Origin: Minisyncoccia bacterium
GTDB taxonomy: Bacteria; Patescibacteriota; Minisyncoccia; Phycocordibacterales; GWA1-40-21
Direction: 5' to 3'
DNA: 64,000 nucleotides
Assembly (NCBI GenBank): GCA_049695975.1
Contig: JBAVTE010000027.1
Span: 32,972 to 96,971, forward strand
Both the position numbers and the translations under genes were made by a program. This document shows positions 1 to 8,942 of this stretch, piece after piece. The notes under the pieces were generated by a model that was not told the DNA's origin, searched no databases, and worked only from the letters and a program-made list of their open reading frames with translations. Position 1 is the stretch's first letter. Every line of letters begins with the position of its first letter.

Positions 1-2664
1 AATCATTTTGCCATTGCCGAGGAAGTGACGATCAAAGGCAACCGCACCAAACGGCCGGATATTGTCTTGTATGTGAACGGCATCGCTGTTGGCGTGATTG
101 AACTCAAACGAAGTATTGTGTCCGTGTCCGAAGGTATTCGCCAAAACATCGGTAATCAAAAAGAGGAATTTATCAAAACATTTTTCGGCACGATTCAGTT
201 GGTTATGGCCGGCAACGATACTGAAGGCTTGCGTTATGGTACGACCGAGACTCCCGAACAGCATTATCTGTCTTGGAAAGAGACCGGCCTCGGCAGTGAG
301 TCCAGATTGGACCGAGCTATCTTGCAAATTTGCGATAAGAAGCGACTTTTGGAAATCATCCACGACTTTATTGTCTTTGATAGCGGAATAAAAAAGACCT
401 GCCGACACAATCAGTATTTCGGTGTTAAGGCCGCTCAAGATTATGTAAACCGTCACGAGGGCGGAATTGTTTGGCATACGCAAGGCAGTGGCAAGAGTTT
501 GACGATGGTTTGGCTGGCCAAATGGATTCGCGAAAACATCAACGATGCTCGGGTGCTTTTGCTTACCGATCGCACCGAACTTGATCAGCAAATCAAACAG
601 GTCTTTGACGGCGTTAACGAAGAAATATATCGAGCACCAAGTGCCAGAGATTTATTGGATGAATTAAATAAAAAAGATAAGTGGTTACTTTGTTCGCTCG
701 TGCATAAATTCGGCCGAGTAAACGGGACCGGCGAACTTGATGTTGATGACTATCTTTCTGAGATAAAGAAAAATTTGCCGAAGGACTTTTCTGCTAAAGG
801 TAATTTGTTTGTATTTGTGGATGAATGTCATCGCTCCCATACCGGCAAACTGCATGAAGCCATGAAGGAACTTTTGCCAACGGCTACCTTTCTCGGTTTT
901 ACCGGCACACCGCTTCTCAAGGTTGATAAATCAAACAGCATCGGTGCCTTTGGACCGTATATCCATACTTATAAATATAATGAGGCCGTGGCCGACAAGG
1001 TGGTTTTGGATTTGCGTTATGAAGCTCGCCGAGTTGATCAAAGTATTAGCTCTCAAGATAAGATTGATGAATGGTTTGAGGAACGCACCCAAGGGCTTAC
1101 CGATGTTGCCAAAGCCGAGCTCAAGCGACGCTGGGGTACGATGCAAAGTTTGCTTTCATCCCGATCACGTTTGGAGAAAGTGGTTTTTGATATCTTGGAC
1201 GATTTCTACAAAAAGGATCGTTTAGCCAGTGGCCGTGGCAATGCCATGCTCGTTGCCAGTAGTATCTATGAAGCTTGTCAGTATTACGAGATTTTTCAGA
1301 CGATGGGCTTTACTAAGTGTGCCGTGGTGACTTCTTACGAACCCGGTGCTTTGTCTACCGATACTCGCGAATATGCGGTCTATCAGAAAATGTTAAACGG
1401 TAAAAGCACAGAAGACTTTGAGAAAGAAATCAAAAAGAAATTTATTGAGACTCCGGGTCAGATGCAGTTATTGATTGTGGTAGATAAACTTTTGACTGGT
1501 TTTGACGCACCTCCGGCCACGTATCTCTACATTGATAAGAACATGCAGGATCACGGTCTGTTCCAAGCAATCTGTCGTGTGAACCGATTGGACGGTGAAG
1601 ACAAAGAGTACGGCTACATCGTAGACTATCGGGACCTGTTCAAAAAGCTGGAGAAAGCAGTTGGCGATTATACCGCCGGTGCTCTCGAAGGTTTTGATAA
1701 AGAAGATGTGATGGGGCTTTTGAAGGATCGCATGGATGAAGGCAAAAAGGATTTGGACGAGGCGATGGAGATCGTGAAGGCACTTTGCGAGCCAGTATCT
1801 CCGCCAAAAGATTCGGCGATGTATATCCGCTATTTCTGTGGTGATGTTGAAAATCCTTACTCCCTCAAAGAAAACGAAATCAAGCGAGTGAAGCTTTATA
1901 AATCAGTCAGTCATCTACTTCGAGCTTATGCCGACTTGGCCAATGATATGGCTGGAGCTGGTTATACCAAAGATCAGGCACAAGCGATTGAGCATGAGGT
2001 TAGATATTACGAACAAGTCCGAATGGAAGTTAAACTTGCCAGCGGTGACTATATTGATCTCAAGAAATACGAACCAGCAATGCGAGTTTTGATTGATCGT
2101 TATATTTCAGCTACCGAAAGTGAAAAGTTATCGGCGTTTGATGATATGACTTTGGTGGACTTGATCGTGAAGAAAGGTGAAGACGCCTTGAATGACTTGC
2201 CGGACGCAATTAAGCAAAGTCAGGAAGCTGTTGCTGAAACGATTGAGAACAACGTCCGCAAATTGATCATTGATGAGATGCCGACTAACCCGAAGTATTA
2301 TTTGCGAATGTCTGAACTTTTGGATGAGCTGGTCAAGAAACGCAAACAGGCTGATGTTGAATATAAGGAATATTTGAAGCAGATCGTGGCTTTGTCCAAG
2401 AAGGTTAAAAACCCGATGAACGAGTCGGTTGGTGCGGAAATAAACACTTCCGCCAAGCGAGCCATTTATGACAACCTCGGTCAGGATGTGAACAAGGCTG
2501 TTGCCGTACATGATGCTGTGATCGCTTCGAGGCAAGCCGATTGGCGTGGTAATCGTTTGAAAGAGCGAGCCATTAAGATTGAAATCAAAAACGCTTTGCC
2601 GGAGATCACGGACGAGGAGTTGAAAAACCTCTTTGAGATTATTAAGAATCAAAATGAGTACTAA
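1..2664 (+). CDS. hsdR: Type I restriction enzyme R subunit (HsdR), 5'-truncated by window edge
   Basis: Frame is open from nt 1. N-terminal PD-(D/E)xK-like segment RPDIVLYVNGIAVGVIELKRS. Helicase motifs GSGKS (Walker A), FVDECHRSH (DEAH/DECH box) and FLGFTGTP. Size and order are typical of HsdR. Confidence 0.85.
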   Translation, partial: NHFAIAEEVTIKGNRTKRPDIVLYVNGIAVGVIELKRSIVSVSEGIRQNIGNQKEEFIKTFFGTIQLVMAGNDTEGLRYGTTETPEQHYLSWKETGLGSESRLDRAILQICDKKRLLEIIHDFIVFDSGIKKTCRHNQYFGVKAAQDYVNRHEGGIVWHTQGSGKSLTMVWLAKWIRENINDARVLLLTDRTELDQQIKQVFDGVNEEIYRAPSARDLLDELNKKDKWLLCSLVHKFGRVNGTGELDVDDYLSEIKKNLPKDFSAKGNLFVFVDECHRSHTGKLHEAMKELLPTATFLGFTGTPLLKVDKSNSIGAFGPYIHTYKYNEAVADKVVLDLRYEARRVDQSISSQDKIDEWFEERTQGLTDVAKAELKRRWGTMQSLLSSRSRLEKVVFDILDDFYKKDRLASGRGNAMLVASSIYEACQYYEIFQTMGFTKCAVVTSYEPGALSTDTREYAVYQKMLNGKSTEDFEKEIKKKFIETPGQMQLLIVVDKLLTGFDAPPATYLYIDKNMQDHGLFQAICRVNRLDGEDKEYGYIVDYRDLFKKLEKAVGDYTAGALEGFDKEDVMGLLKDRMDEGKKDLDEAMEIVKALCEPVSPPKDSAMYIRYFCGDVENPYSLKENEIKRVKLYKSVSHLLRAYADLANDMAGAGYTKDQAQAIEHEVRYYEQVRMEVKLASGDYIDLKKYEPAMRVLIDRYISATESEKLSAFDDMTLVDLIVKKGEDALNDLPDAIKQSQEAVAETIENNVRKLIIDEMPTNPKYYLRMSELLDELVKKRKQADVEYKEYLKQIVALSKKVKNPMNESVGAEINTSAKRAIYDNLGQDVNKAVAVHDAVIASRQADWRGNRLKERAIKIEIKNALPEITDEELKNLFEIIKNQNEY

Positions 2665-3379
2665 TTCTTATCTACAACTTGGCAGTGTCGAAGCTTTGGT
2701 CGTCCGCAAGCCGATCAAGAATTTGCATCTTTCGGTTTTACCTCCCAATGGCTGGGTGCGTGTGACCGCACCGGCCAATATGAAAGACGATGCTATCCGC
2801 ACGCTCTTAGCTTTGAGATTGCCGTGGATTAAGAAACAGCAAGCCAAATTTACCGGTCAAGAAAGGCAAACTAAGCGTGACTATTCGTCTGGTGAGAGTC
2901 ATTACTTTTTTGGCAAACGCTATCGCCTTGAAGTGGTTTATAAAGACGAAGCACCGGTTGTTACCTTGAAAGGCAAAAATAAGATTATTTTACAGGTTCG
3001 GCCAAAGAGCCCAGCAATCAAACGTCGAGAAGTGATGATGGATTGGTATCGCAAGGAATTGCATGTGATTGTTGGTGATCTAATTGCTAAGTGGCAAAAG
3101 AAAATAAGCGTAGAGGTTAAATTCTGGGGCATCAAGCAGATGAAGACTCGCTGGGGTACGTGCAATCATAAAAAGGCACGAGTCTTGATAAATTTAGAGC
3201 TGGCCAAAAAGCCGATTGCCTGCGTGGAGTATGTCGTAGTCCACGAGCTATTGCATTTGATTGAGAAAAAACACAGCGACAAATTTGTCGCCTTAATGAC
3301 AAAATATATCCCGAAATGGAAAGGCATAAAAGAAGAACTGAACAGCTTTATTTTGTCGTACGAGGAGTGGAAGTATTAA
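2654..3379 (+). CDS. DUF45/YgjP-like HExxH metal-dependent hydrolase, commonly linked to hsdR
   Basis: HELLHL zinc-binding motif and WGTCN motif. The ATG at 2654 overlaps the hsdR stop (ATGA), suggesting translational coupling. Confidence 0.6.
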   Translation: MSTNSYLQLGSVEALVVRKPIKNLHLSVLPPNGWVRVTAPANMKDDAIRTLLALRLPWIKKQQAKFTGQERQTKRDYSSGESHYFFGKRYRLEVVYKDEAPVVTLKGKNKIILQVRPKSPAIKRREVMMDWYRKELHVIVGDLIAKWQKKISVEVKFWGIKQMKTRWGTCNHKKARVLINLELAKKPIACVEYVVVHELLHLIEKKHSDKFVALMTKYIPKWKGIKEELNSFILSYEEWKY

Positions 3380-3450
3380 CCTTGACTAGTAAAAATAGGC
3401 TGTAATTTGCTATCGAAAAATTTTCGATAAACTGATATAATTATTGTAGT

Positions 3451-4518
3451 ATGAAATCACAATCCTCAAAAATTAAAGTCGTTGATTTATTTTGTGGCAT
3501 TGGTGGACTGACACACGGTCTTATCAAGGAGGGTTTAGATGTGGTCGCAGGAATTGATAACGATTCAAGCTGTAAATTTGGATATGAATACAACAACAAG
3601 GCTCAATTTATTGACAGCGACATTCTTAAGGTAACACCAGACCAAATCAATAAATTATTTGGTACAAAAAAAGGCACGATCCGTGTTCTTGCTGGTTGTG
3701 CCCCTTGCCAGCCATTTTCAAGATTGAATCTAAAAAAAGTTACCGAAAAACAACTTGAACCTTTGGGTAAATTTGCTCAACTTATCGCGGCTATTCAGCC
3801 TGACATTGTCTCGATGGAGAATGTTAGTGGTTTAGCTGATACAAATAAATATCCCGTCTTTGCAAAATTTATAAAGACACTGGATGATAATGGGTATAAA
3901 TATAAATATGAAGTAGTAGATGTCTCAGAATTTGGCGTACCTCAAAAACGAAAACGATTAGTTTTACTGGCTTCAAAGTTTGGTGAAATTGAATTGATAA
4001 AAAGAACTCACAAAGATAAGCGAGTTACTGTTCGTGATGTCATCAAACACCTTGAACCAATCAAAGATGGTCAAACAAGCAAAAAAGACCCTCTTCATAA
4101 GGCAAGAAAACTTGATCAAATAAATCTTTATCGAATCAAGGCGACTCCGCACAATGGTGGAAACTCAGAAAGTTGGAGTGAAGATTTGATGCTTGCTTGC
4201 CACAAAAAAGCATCTGGGAAAACCTATCGGAGTACCGTATATGGCCGAATGAGATGGGATGAACCAGCACCGACTATGACAACGCAATGCATAGGTCTAG
4301 GGAATGGTCGTTTTGGTCACCCAACACAAAATCGTGCTATAAGTTTAAGGGAGGCCGCAATATTTCAAACATTCCCTGAAAATTATAAATTTACCGAGTC
4401 CGAAGACTCTATGGTGGTTACTAAAGTAGCAAAGTTTATTGGAAACGCAGTACCCGTAAGGCTGGGATCAGTCATTGGCAAGAGTATCAAGAATCACGTT
4501 AGACAATATGAAAAATAA
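3451..4518 (+). CDS. dcm: DNA (cytosine-5)-methyltransferase
   Basis: Motif I DLFCGIGG, motif IV GCAPCQPFS, motif VI ENV, motif VIII QKRKR, motif X GNAVPV. Confidence 0.9.
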   Translation: MKSQSSKIKVVDLFCGIGGLTHGLIKEGLDVVAGIDNDSSCKFGYEYNNKAQFIDSDILKVTPDQINKLFGTKKGTIRVLAGCAPCQPFSRLNLKKVTEKQLEPLGKFAQLIAAIQPDIVSMENVSGLADTNKYPVFAKFIKTLDDNGYKYKYEVVDVSEFGVPQKRKRLVLLASKFGEIELIKRTHKDKRVTVRDVIKHLEPIKDGQTSKKDPLHKARKLDQINLYRIKATPHNGGNSESWSEDLMLACHKKASGKTYRSTVYGRMRWDEPAPTMTTQCIGLGNGRFGHPTQNRAISLREAAIFQTFPENYKFTESEDSMVVTKVAKFIGNAVPVRLGSVIGKSIKNHVRQYEK

Positions 4519-6211
4519 TAACACATTCTCATTCGAAATCTCATTAAGTGTTCTGAATCATCTCGGAAGGAACTTGTACAGGAATTTTATTACTGTACTT
4601 GGTGAAGCGATATCTAATTCATGGGATGCAGATGCAAATAATGTTTGGATAGATATTAATAGCGATAATAATTTTTTTATAAAAGATGATGGTTGTGGAA
4701 TGAATAACCACGATTTTCAGAATAAATTTTTGAAAATCGGCTACTCAAAGAGAAAGGGTAACGGAATATCCTCTCCGAATCATCGTCCATATATCGGTGC
4801 AAAGGGAATAGGTAAATTGGCGTTGCTTTCATGTGCTGAAAAAATAAGTGTCATATCCAAAACCAATAACACTGAATATGTCGGAGGTGTTATAGACAAT
4901 TCTGGTCTTACTAAAGCGATTGAACACGATCTGACCCCAGATAAGTATAAATTAGGAAAGGTGGATTTGAAATCATTCACGCAATATACAGCTGGGCATA
5001 AAAAAGGCACTATTATCTATTTTGATCAAACTAAAGAAGATATAAAAGGCACAATCCCGCATTTGAAGAAATTGATTGCATTATATTTTAGATTTTCTTT
5101 GATTGATGAGAGTTTTAAAATTTTTGTAAATAATGAACAAGTGACGTTTGGTGATATAAAGGACCTGTCAGATGCAACGGAATTTTTATGGAATATCAAC
5201 GACCTAAAAGATCCATATACCGACACATTATCCAAGCTCAAGAATGAGTCAATCGGTTTAAGCACTGCGTTGAAAATCAAAGGTTTTATCGCGACTGTTG
5301 AAAAACCGAGAAATTTAAAAATCGCTGGTACTGAGGAAAAAATCGGTATTGATTTATTTGTTAATGGACGATTAAGAGAAAGGGATATTTTAAAATACTT
5401 GCCTGCTTTTTCGACAAGACATATAGCGAGTTACCTTTATGGTCAAGTGCATTTTGATGAATTAGATAAGGATGGAAAAGATAGGTTTACTAGTAGTAGA
5501 GACGGGATCATTCCTGGAGATGAAAAATATAAAGGATTAATCGAAACTTTGAGAAATGAAATCCTAGAAAAAATTAGTAATAAGTGGGATGAACTTCGCT
5601 TGGCCAGAGATGAAGATGGTGATGATGAGAATCCAAGAAAAACCCTAAAAGAACGCAGAGCGCTCAGCTTGTACAACCTTTCATCAAAGGATTATTCAGG
5701 CGTTAAAAACAACAAAGTTGGTTCCTGGGTTAAAGAATTGCAACCAGATGCGGAATTCAATATCCCGTCATATGTCGACTGTTTTATATCGGAAAACCTT
5801 ATACGAAAATTTATCAAGCATAAAAAAATATCTCTTGATACCAAACGTGACACAATTAATCATTGGAAAAAAATTGAGAATACAGGAAAGACCAACGGTA
5901 ATTTGACTATTGATATAAGAGTTTCAAACGATGATATCTATTATTTGGATATGGAAAATCTTGTGAAAGTCACAGAGCCTAGAAGAGGGTTTCCTCCGAA
6001 TACTTTACTTACAGACGAAACACAGTTTACTCCTATAAGAAATGCTGTTATGCATACGGCTATGTTAACTGACCAAGCAAAGCAAAAGTTAACGACCGTC
6101 TATGAAAATATTAAAGGAAAAGTATTGATTCTTTTGGCTGATAAGAAGAAAGCTTCGACTAAAAGTATCAAAAAAACTAAAAAAGGTAGGGCAAATAATC
6201 TACTAAAGTAA
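4508..6211 (+). CDS. GHKL/HATPase_c_3 (paraMORC-like) ATP-binding protein, translationally coupled to dcm
   Basis: Bergerat-fold motifs EAISNSWDA, IKDDGCGM and GAKGIGKLA. The ATG at 4508 overlaps the dcm 3' end by 11 nt (alternative start at 4475). The C-terminal ~300 aa have no recognised domain. Confidence 0.65.
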   Translation: MKNNNTFSFEISLSVLNHLGRNLYRNFITVLGEAISNSWDADANNVWIDINSDNNFFIKDDGCGMNNHDFQNKFLKIGYSKRKGNGISSPNHRPYIGAKGIGKLALLSCAEKISVISKTNNTEYVGGVIDNSGLTKAIEHDLTPDKYKLGKVDLKSFTQYTAGHKKGTIIYFDQTKEDIKGTIPHLKKLIALYFRFSLIDESFKIFVNNEQVTFGDIKDLSDATEFLWNINDLKDPYTDTLSKLKNESIGLSTALKIKGFIATVEKPRNLKIAGTEEKIGIDLFVNGRLRERDILKYLPAFSTRHIASYLYGQVHFDELDKDGKDRFTSSRDGIIPGDEKYKGLIETLRNEILEKISNKWDELRLARDEDGDDENPRKTLKERRALSLYNLSSKDYSGVKNNKVGSWVKELQPDAEFNIPSYVDCFISENLIRKFIKHKKISLDTKRDTINHWKKIENTGKTNGNLTIDIRVSNDDIYYLDMENLVKVTEPRRGFPPNTLLTDETQFTPIRNAVMHTAMLTDQAKQKLTTVYENIKGKVLILLADKKKASTKSIKKTKKGRANNLLK

Positions 6212-6236
6212 AGTTTGGAGTCTTGATTAAAACAAC

Positions 6237-6416
6237 ATGTCCGACACCGACGATCCAATTAAAGACGAGCCAGATGAAGAAGCTCCGGACGAGGAAGTCG
6301 CCGAGCTTATGGAAACCCACGATCTCGATCAGGACACGGCCGAGCGTGTGCAGGAGATTATGGAAGATTTGGGTGTAGACGAGGACGACGCAGTCGAACT
6401 TGAGGAACTTCTTTAA
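6237..6416 (+). CDS. Small hyper-acidic protein (59 aa, about 45% Asp/Glu), absent from the ORF track
   Basis: ATG at 6237 and TAA at 6414-6416. Sequence is MSDTDDPIKDEPDEEAPDEEVAELMETHDLDQDTAERVQEIMEDLGVDEDDAVELEELL. Local GC is high. Confidence 0.45.
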   Translation: MSDTDDPIKDEPDEEAPDEEVAELMETHDLDQDTAERVQEIMEDLGVDEDDAVELEELL

Positions 6417-6426
6417 TTTATAGAAT

Positions 6427-7044
6427 ATGGAAATCTCAAAAGAAAGACTCGAAGAGTTAAGACAAATTTATAAAAAGGATTTTAATGCCGATCTTAGTGA
6501 TCAGGAATTGCACGATGCCGCTTTTAATCTTATTGGGTTTTATGACACGTTGTCAAAAATGGCATTTAAAGATATACAGAATCATCTGCGTTTGGAGAAA
6601 GAGCCGAACGGCTGGCCATTCACCGACAGTAGTGGTGACTGCAAATTTTGTGGTTACTATTTCGAGAAGAACGATTTTTGGTTTGATAAGTTCGGCTTTA
6701 AGTGTAAATTTTGCCAGAGAGCGGTCAATGACGGGATTATTCCCGGCGCAGTTTGTCGAAATAAGGAAAAATGGTTTTCTCTCGAAACTCTCAAGGAAAA
6801 ATTCGGCATTCATTCACAGACAGCTCGATCACTTATCAGAAAGGGAGAACTTAAGGCTCGGGTTATTTTAAACGATGCCGGCAAGCCACATTTTACGGTT
6901 TTTCTACGAGAAGAAAACTATAAATTTCTCAAGATTGGTAAAGACGTGCCGGTTAGCGAGCTTGAAGATTATGACTTGCAGGTGGCCAAATGGGCTGAGG
7001 ATTATAAAAAGAAAATGACCGAAGAACAGAAGTCTGGCAAGTAG
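6427..7044 (+). CDS. Hypothetical protein with Cys4 zinc-finger-like motif and possible HTH
   Basis: CKFCGYY...CKFCQ motif. The segment SLETLKEKFGIHSQTARSLIRKGELKA is helix-turn-helix-like. Higher GC than the host backbone. Confidence 0.5.
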   Translation: MEISKERLEELRQIYKKDFNADLSDQELHDAAFNLIGFYDTLSKMAFKDIQNHLRLEKEPNGWPFTDSSGDCKFCGYYFEKNDFWFDKFGFKCKFCQRAVNDGIIPGAVCRNKEKWFSLETLKEKFGIHSQTARSLIRKGELKARVILNDAGKPHFTVFLREENYKFLKIGKDVPVSELEDYDLQVAKWAEDYKKKMTEEQKSGK

Positions 7045-7573
7045 TCATATTTGCTTAACATTGCTTAACTTAAGCAAATCGTTTTAGGCTCTCAATTTTG
7101 GTCAAACCGGTGGGCTATGGTGAGGATGGTATCAAACGTCTACTCTTGATACAAAGCTCGCCCCAGGGGCAAACACGTGGCAGAAATCGGTGAGTTAAGT
7201 TCGGGCCCGGTTAGTTCCATTCACAAACTCGTAGAAATGGGATAAACTGTCATTATCTGGTAGCAAGCAGTGCTTCGTGAGCGATCTTGAGCTGATTCCA
7301 TTCGGCCAATTCTCGCAATATTTCGTTCCACCGGTTGCTTACCAAGTCCACATAAGTGAATTTCTCCGCGAAAATGAGTCCGCGCTCCGCGCGGTAATGG
7401 GAAGTTCGGCAAGAAAAGAAAAGGGCGTTTTGAAATCCACGGAGAGTGCGCTTGCGTGCAAATATAAGCAAGGACCGAAAAAGTAAGGACAGTCCTTGCT
7501 ACAGGATTATGTATTGCCATTTCTGGATTCTATCCAGAAACCGCCATATGTGTGTGCACATTACCATATAAAT

Positions 7574-7602
7574 TTGACAGAAAAACATACATCGTGTATA
7601 AT
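7574..7602 (+). promoter_or_regulatory. Consensus sigma70-type promoter (TTGACA-17-TATAAT) with strong RBS (AGGAGGTGAGG) ahead of the lipoprotein gene
   Basis: TTGACA at 7574-7579, a 17-nt spacer, and TATAAT at 7597-7602. AGGAGG lies about 8 nt upstream of ATG 7648. Confidence 0.7.
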
Positions 7603-7647
7603 ATTGAAAGACTGTTAAATTAACAAATATATAGGAGGTGAGGAAAA

Positions 7648-8022
7648 ATGAAAAAACTTTTTGTTTTTTCGCCGGTCGTAGTGTTCGTTCTGTGTTTGTC
7701 ACTTTGTGGATGCGAAGGGAGTGGTGATCGTGATGATCATTATTATAATGATCAATCATATGTTTCTGTCGTTATTCGTAACGACTGGATCAGAGATGTG
7801 CAGGTTTTTGTGGGTAATGTAAAATTTAGTCAGATTAAACCTGGTGAAAGCGGTTGGGTTTCGAGAAACCTAATCGGCGATGAACATTTATACATAACTA
7901 TCTGGTTTTGCAACTCGTACGGGTTCCCGATAATCGAAAGTGAGAAGTATAAATTTGATCGGGAGTATAGTGAGTACCACATGAATATTGAGTCACCACC
8001 AAACAATATTGATGTGTATTGA
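7648..8022 (+). CDS. Putative secreted lipoprotein
   Basis: Signal peptide MKKLFVFSPVVVFVLCLSLCGC with an LCGC lipobox-like cysteine. Consensus promoter and RBS upstream. Confidence 0.6.
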   Translation: MKKLFVFSPVVVFVLCLSLCGCEGSGDRDDHYYNDQSYVSVVIRNDWIRDVQVFVGNVKFSQIKPGESGWVSRNLIGDEHLYITIWFCNSYGFPIIESEKYKFDREYSEYHMNIESPPNNIDVY

Positions 8023-8040
8023 GAAACAATAAATAACAAC

Positions 8041-8074
8041 AAAGCGCGTGAGATATTTCTCCGCGCTTTTATTA
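8041..8074 (+). terminator. Rho-independent terminator
   Basis: AAAGCGCG-loop-CGCGCTTTT hairpin followed by a T-run. Confidence 0.6.
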
Positions 8075-8138
8075 TTGAATTAAATAATAAATAATTTATA
8101 AAAATTGCATTATATTTAATAAAAGATAGAATGAGAAA

Positions 8139-8744
8139 ATGGTTTTGTTTTTAATTGGAACTTTATTATTAATTTTTATAATTAATGTCATTCCGGCATT
8201 TATGCCACCGACGTGGATTTTACTTTCTTTGGTAGGTTATAATTTTCATTTAAACAATTACAATTTGGCGATACTGGCGGTTTTGGCTGCAGTAGCTTCA
8301 TCCGGGGGACGAGCTATTTTAGCTATTTTATCAAATAAAATTTTACGTTACAAAATTATTTCAGACGAAACTAAACAAAATTTGGATATCTTGAAAGAAA
8401 ATATCATAAAAAGAAAAAATTTTACGAAGGGTTTCTTTTTATTCTATGCTTTTTCGCCGTTTCCCTCGGGGCAGTTATTTTTAGCTTACGGTATGACTGA
8501 TCTTAAACTAAGTCTGGCAATTATTCCATTTTTTATTGGTCGTTTAAGTAGTTATTTCTTTTGGATTTTTGCTTCTTCCGAGACATCAAAAATAATTGAT
8601 TTAAATTCTTTTAAATTCGGTGCATATTTCGGTGTATATTTTATTTTGGGACAAATTTTTGCTTTATATTTGGTTTATTTAATTGCCAAAATAGATTGGA
8701 AAGTTCTATTTGAAGAATACAAATTAAGAATTATAAATAAATAA
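8139..8744 (+). CDS. Polytopic membrane protein, DedA/VTT-like
   Basis: Multiple TM helices. The PAFMPPTWILLSLVG segment resembles the DedA/YqaA re-entrant motif. Confidence 0.45.
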   Translation: MVLFLIGTLLLIFIINVIPAFMPPTWILLSLVGYNFHLNNYNLAILAVLAAVASSGGRAILAILSNKILRYKIISDETKQNLDILKENIIKRKNFTKGFFLFYAFSPFPSGQLFLAYGMTDLKLSLAIIPFFIGRLSSYFFWIFASSETSKIIDLNSFKFGAYFGVYFILGQIFALYLVYLIAKIDWKVLFEEYKLRIINK

Positions 8745-8942
8745 TTAAAAAACACTTATTTTTTTGACTTTTTTTATTCTAATTTGTTGAATATATATTT
8801 TTTAGCTTGATATATTGTTTTTAATAAAATTCAATTGCAAATTTTACTACTGGGTGATATAAATATATGGTAATTATTGGAAGGGTTAGTCCCTTTTATT
8901 TTTGTGTCAATTTATTAGTAAATTAATTTATTTTTTAAGAAA

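Noticed and set aside
98-2652. Several 60-175-aa ORFs nested in or antisense to hsdR (98-391, 923-1225, 931-1146, 2128-2652)
   Set aside because: Fully contained within a gene that has strong motif support. No independent evidence.
7221-7520. Three overlapping short ORFs on both strands
   Set aside because: Mutually exclusive, no RBS, in a GC-rich non-coding or remnant segment. Retained only as a possible gene remnant in findings.
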